Origin: Tubiluchus corallicola
Lineage: Eukaryota > Animalia > Priapulida
Direction of reading: 5' to 3'
DNA: 64,000 bases
NCBI GenBank assembly: GCA_030141605.1
Contig: JAQGDQ010002369.1
Span: 682,001 to 746,000 of the forward strand
The notes under the pieces: generated by a model
What the model was told of the DNA's origin: nothing
The model's database searches: none
Seen by the model: the letters and a program-made list of their open reading frames with translations, nothing else
Program-made: the position numbers and the translations under genes
In this document: positions 60,726 to 64,000 of the stretch, in pieces
Layout of the letters: every line of letters starts with the position of its first letter
Position numbering within the stretch: the first letter of the stretch is position 1

Positions 60726-62168
60726 ATGAGCCGTCAAATTTCTGTTGAATACTTTGATGCAGCGAGAGGAGGAGCCTCTCCTAATCATTTCCGCGTCTCT
60801 CTTGATGAAGGCACAGGAAAAATGGATGTAAATGACAGAGTCGTTCACTTGAACCCGAAAGAGGCAAGTGCCGCTGGTCGTGTCATGGGTGATTATTTGG
60901 AGAAAGCTGGCGGAAATCCGCATCAGTTTCCTCTAACGGACTTCAACCAAGTCGATGATTTCGTAAAAGACTCTTTTTTTTCTGCCCCTCCTCCGAATCG
61001 CTTTGGTCCTAATAGAGAGAGCAGTCTTCACCATCAATTCCAGGAATCAACCCTTGGAATGATGGAAGAATTAGGTGATCATGTACCTTCAGTAAAACCT
61101 TTTATCGTTGAAGTTTTACGTCCGGAAGATACTCCTCTTCCCCCTAAATATGAAGAAGTTTTTCCAGATACTCTTCTCCAAAAAAGCACGGTTGTTGAGG
61201 AACCTCAGGTTTGCGATGTAAAAGAAGATACAGGAAGTAGCTGGAAGAAAAAAGCTTTAATTACCACAGCATTAGTCGGTGGGGCCGCTGGACTAGCTCA
61301 CTGGTCTGGATGGGTTGACTTATCTGCTGCCCGCGCCTTTGGAGCACTTCCTCAAGACTGGCAAGATACCATGAGTGAAAAGTATCAGGAAATGCCTGAG
61401 CAGCCTCAATGGATGAAAGAAGCTAGAGGACACATTCCTGATATGCCAAAAGCTCCTGAATGGTGGACCAATCTTCCTCAAGATATGGCCACTGCGGCTG
61501 GTACCAAATGGGGTGAATTTTCAACATGGTCAGCTGGTCAGAAAGATTCCTGGGGTCAATGGGGATCAGAGCAATATCAATCATGGGGCACCTGGTACAA
61601 TGAAAAAGCACCAACCTGGATGCCGAGAGTAAATCTCGAAGCGACACCTCAAACTGAAGGTACTCCTTCTGGTACACCAGGAACACCACCACCTACCACT
61701 GATGCGACTGCTGCTCAGCCAGAAGCTAAGCCGGAAACTCCTACTCAGCAACCACCAGTAAAGGTTGAAGAGCCAGTAGTTGAAACACCTGCTCCTCAAG
61801 CGAAAGTTGAAGTGCCAGTAGTATCAAAGAATGATACTGCCACTGTTGCACCACAACCAGTAGTTGGAAAAGATCAAGCAACGGTTCCTGACCTACAAGT
61901 TGAAGAGGGAAATGATGGAGTCAATGTTGACAGTCAGACGGAACTCGAAGACAGAGAAGTTGAAGTGCCTGTTGCACCTCAGCCAGAAGTTAAAGAAAGA
62001 GATGCCAAAGTCTCTGCTGCCGGTCAGACGAAAGTCGAAGAAAGAGCGGCCGAAACTCCAGCTCCTCAGCCAGAGCTCGTAAAAGAGCAAATGTCGAGTG
62101 TTCCTAAACACTTACAAAATCTTTTTGTCGATACAGGAAGCCAATCCTATCAATCGACAACTAGCTGA
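60726..62168 (+). CDS. hypothetical protein with central TM, Trp-rich and Pro/Glu/Val-rich regions
   Basis: TM ALITTALVGGAAGLAHW; Trp-periodic segment; PEVK-like repeats. Confidence 0.75.
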   Translation: MSRQISVEYFDAARGGASPNHFRVSLDEGTGKMDVNDRVVHLNPKEASAAGRVMGDYLEKAGGNPHQFPLTDFNQVDDFVKDSFFSAPPPNRFGPNRESSLHHQFQESTLGMMEELGDHVPSVKPFIVEVLRPEDTPLPPKYEEVFPDTLLQKSTVVEEPQVCDVKEDTGSSWKKKALITTALVGGAAGLAHWSGWVDLSAARAFGALPQDWQDTMSEKYQEMPEQPQWMKEARGHIPDMPKAPEWWTNLPQDMATAAGTKWGEFSTWSAGQKDSWGQWGSEQYQSWGTWYNEKAPTWMPRVNLEATPQTEGTPSGTPGTPPPTTDATAAQPEAKPETPTQQPPVKVEEPVVETPAPQAKVEVPVVSKNDTATVAPQPVVGKDQATVPDLQVEEGNDGVNVDSQTELEDREVEVPVAPQPEVKERDAKVSAAGQTKVEERAAETPAPQPELVKEQMSSVPKHLQNLFVDTGSQSYQSTTS

Positions 62169-62225
62169 GCTATTAGCCAGAACGAACTTTACAATCAAAG
62201 GATAATTTCTGAGATAGAAATGATC

Positions 62226-63185
62226 TTAAACCCCTTGAGGAAGTTCCTTAAGGGGTTTTTTTTTGCCTGCATGCAGCAGGCGGTTTTTTAGCGCTTCTTC
62301 TGCTTCTTCGAAATAGACCCAGACTTCTTCCAGGCCTACTTCATCAGCTTTTCTTAGCGATGCATAGAGGGTTTCAGAACTAAGTGGCCAACCGGGAAGG
62401 TGGGTATTTTTTCTGGATAAGAGAATTCTCTTTGGATTGGGGTTTTGTACCCATTCTCTCTCCAATTGTTCCCAGTCCTCGAATAGAGTTACTTTTGCAT
62501 TGGGGGCGTAATGGCGGTATTTCATACCAGGTGCGAGAACTTGCGTCTGATCGATGATGACCTCCTTGTGAAGGAAATCTTCCAGCGATTGACGGGTAAT
62601 GCTTCCCGGGCGGAGTAATCGGTAGGGTTTATGGATGAGACTGATCACCGTGGATTCCAGGCCGTAGGTGCAAGGGTCGCCATCCAGGATCAGGGGGATC
62701 TTTTCATTGAGATCATCTAGGACATGTTCGGCCAGTGTGGGGCTTGGTTTTCCAGAAAGGTTTGCAGAAGGAGCTACCAGAGGACCTGATTGTTGAAGAA
62801 GTTTTTGTGCAATGAGATGGGACGGGATACGGACAGCAAGTGTAGGAAGGCGGGCAGAGACAATGGGAGGCACACTGTTTCTTCTGTTAAGAATGACAGT
62901 AAGAGGTCCGGGAGAAAAATGTTCCATCAACAGGTAGAAATCCTTCGGGATATCGCACGCTGCTTTTTCTACTTCAGATACAGAAGAGAAATGAGCGATC
63001 AAGGGATTGTCAGAAGGCCTCCCCTTTACCTGAAAAATTTTTTGAATCCCCTTCTCATGATAGAGACTTGCCCCAAGTCCATACACGGTCTCTGTGGGGA
63101 AAGCGAGAATTCCTCCTTTTGAGAGGATTTCAGCTGCCTGAAGAAGATCGGACTCTTGAACGGGTGAGGCAATTCGGGTTTTCAT
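62226..63185 (-). CDS. sua5: L-threonylcarbamoyladenylate synthase (Sua5/TsaC)
   Basis: AFPTETVYGLGA, KGRPSDNPLI, PGPLT, APSANLSG, GLEST, APGMKYRHYAP. Confidence 0.95.
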   Translation of the reverse strand: MKTRIASPVQESDLLQAAEILSKGGILAFPTETVYGLGASLYHEKGIQKIFQVKGRPSDNPLIAHFSSVSEVEKAACDIPKDFYLLMEHFSPGPLTVILNRRNSVPPIVSARLPTLAVRIPSHLIAQKLLQQSGPLVAPSANLSGKPSPTLAEHVLDDLNEKIPLILDGDPCTYGLESTVISLIHKPYRLLRPGSITRQSLEDFLHKEVIIDQTQVLAPGMKYRHYAPNAKVTLFEDWEQLEREWVQNPNPKRILLSRKNTHLPGWPLSSETLYASLRKADEVGLEEVWVYFEEAEEALKNRLLHAGKKKPLKELPQGV

Positions 63186-63226
63186 GCTTCCATTCTACCA
63201 TTATTTCCGATACAAAAGAAAGGCGT

Positions 63227-63927
63227 ATGGAAAAGTCAGTGATTATCATTCCCTGCCTGAAAGACAATTATTCCTATCTTCTTCATGCTAAAGATACGGT
63301 GATTGTGATCGATCCTGCAGAAGAGGAAAAGATTAACGATCGTCTTGAAGAGGATTCTCTCCCTTTAAACTATCTTTTATGTACTCATCATCATACTGAT
63401 CATATGGCTGGGGCCTTTGGTTTGAAGAAAAAGATTGGTTGTAAGATGTGGGGCCCTGACGAAAGGATTCCAGAGCTCGATCGAGTAGTGAGAGGTGGAG
63501 ACAAATTAAAGATGGGCTCTTTTACCCTGGAGGTGATCGATACGCCTGGTCATACAAAGCGTTTGTTATTATTGGAAGAAAGGAAAAATCCTCTTTACAG
63601 GAGATGTTCTTTTTGGAGGAGGCTGCGGTAGGATCTTTGAAGGAACTCCGGAAGAAATGCTCCGATCTCTAAAAAAAATTGCTAACTTTCCAGATGATAC
63701 AGAAATTTATTGCGGACATGAGTATACTCTGAAAAATCTAAAATTTGCTTTAACGTTACGAAGAAGCGGAAAGATTGAGAAAAATGAATAAATCGACTAT
63801 GCCATCAACCCTGGGCCTAGAAAAGAAAACCAATCCTTTCTTACGTGCCGGTGCATTGAAAGATCGATATCAGCTCTCGGAGGTAGAGACTTTTGCAAAA
63901 ATCAGAAAACTTAGGGATTCCTTTTAG
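63227..63927 (+). CDS. gloB: hydroxyacylglutathione hydrolase (glyoxalase II), frameshifted near 63560
   Basis: DNYSY, THHHTDH, TPGHT; other frame [33 protein letters not shown]. Confidence 0.9.
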
Positions 63928-64000
63928 ATCGCTTTTCGAAGAAAGCCATCGAAGTCAAAAGGAACAAATTGTCGGACTGATACTCTTCGTTTTGGTCCAT

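Noticed and set aside
1-64000. rRNA, tRNA, integrase, phage or defence-system genes
   Set aside because: None recognised by eye; tRNAscan, Infernal and DefenseFinder would be needed to exclude them.

Overview
A 64 kb chromosomal window from a bacterium that is probably an environmental member of the phylum Chlamydiae. This is inferred from its MOMP/Lpg1974-like porins, tandem SET-domain proteins, DASS transporter, Inc-like proteins and many eukaryote-like effector candidates. Housekeeping content includes tpx, rlmB, ppx, glpF/glpK/glpD, adk, a pat-type acetyltransferase, sua5 and gloB. Many genes carry single frameshifts, often in homopolymers, which suggests long-read indel errors on top of some real decay. 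Highlights: (1) a tandem array of five paralogous genes or remnants at 48.7-52.0 kb with an N-terminal Elongin-BC-box motif, ankyrin-like repeats and a C-terminal tail anchor, i.e. candidate membrane-anchored Cullin-2/5 substrate-receptor mimics; (2) two paralogous unannotated sRNA genes at 4.4-4.7 kb with a conserved C-rich anti-SD/anti-AUG core; (3) a recurring non-canonical promoter architecture, TCTTAAT-N10-TATAAT; (4) a type III PKS / His-rich membrane protein / UbiG-like operon; (5) an XerC/D dif-like site inside a decayed region bracketed by two identical 49-bp inverted elements; (6) two CX5R phosphatase-like effectors, a eukaryote-type cyclic nucleotide phosphodiesterase, a PP2C and a tail-anchored EEP protein. 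All homology calls come from motif recognition by eye; no database searches were run.
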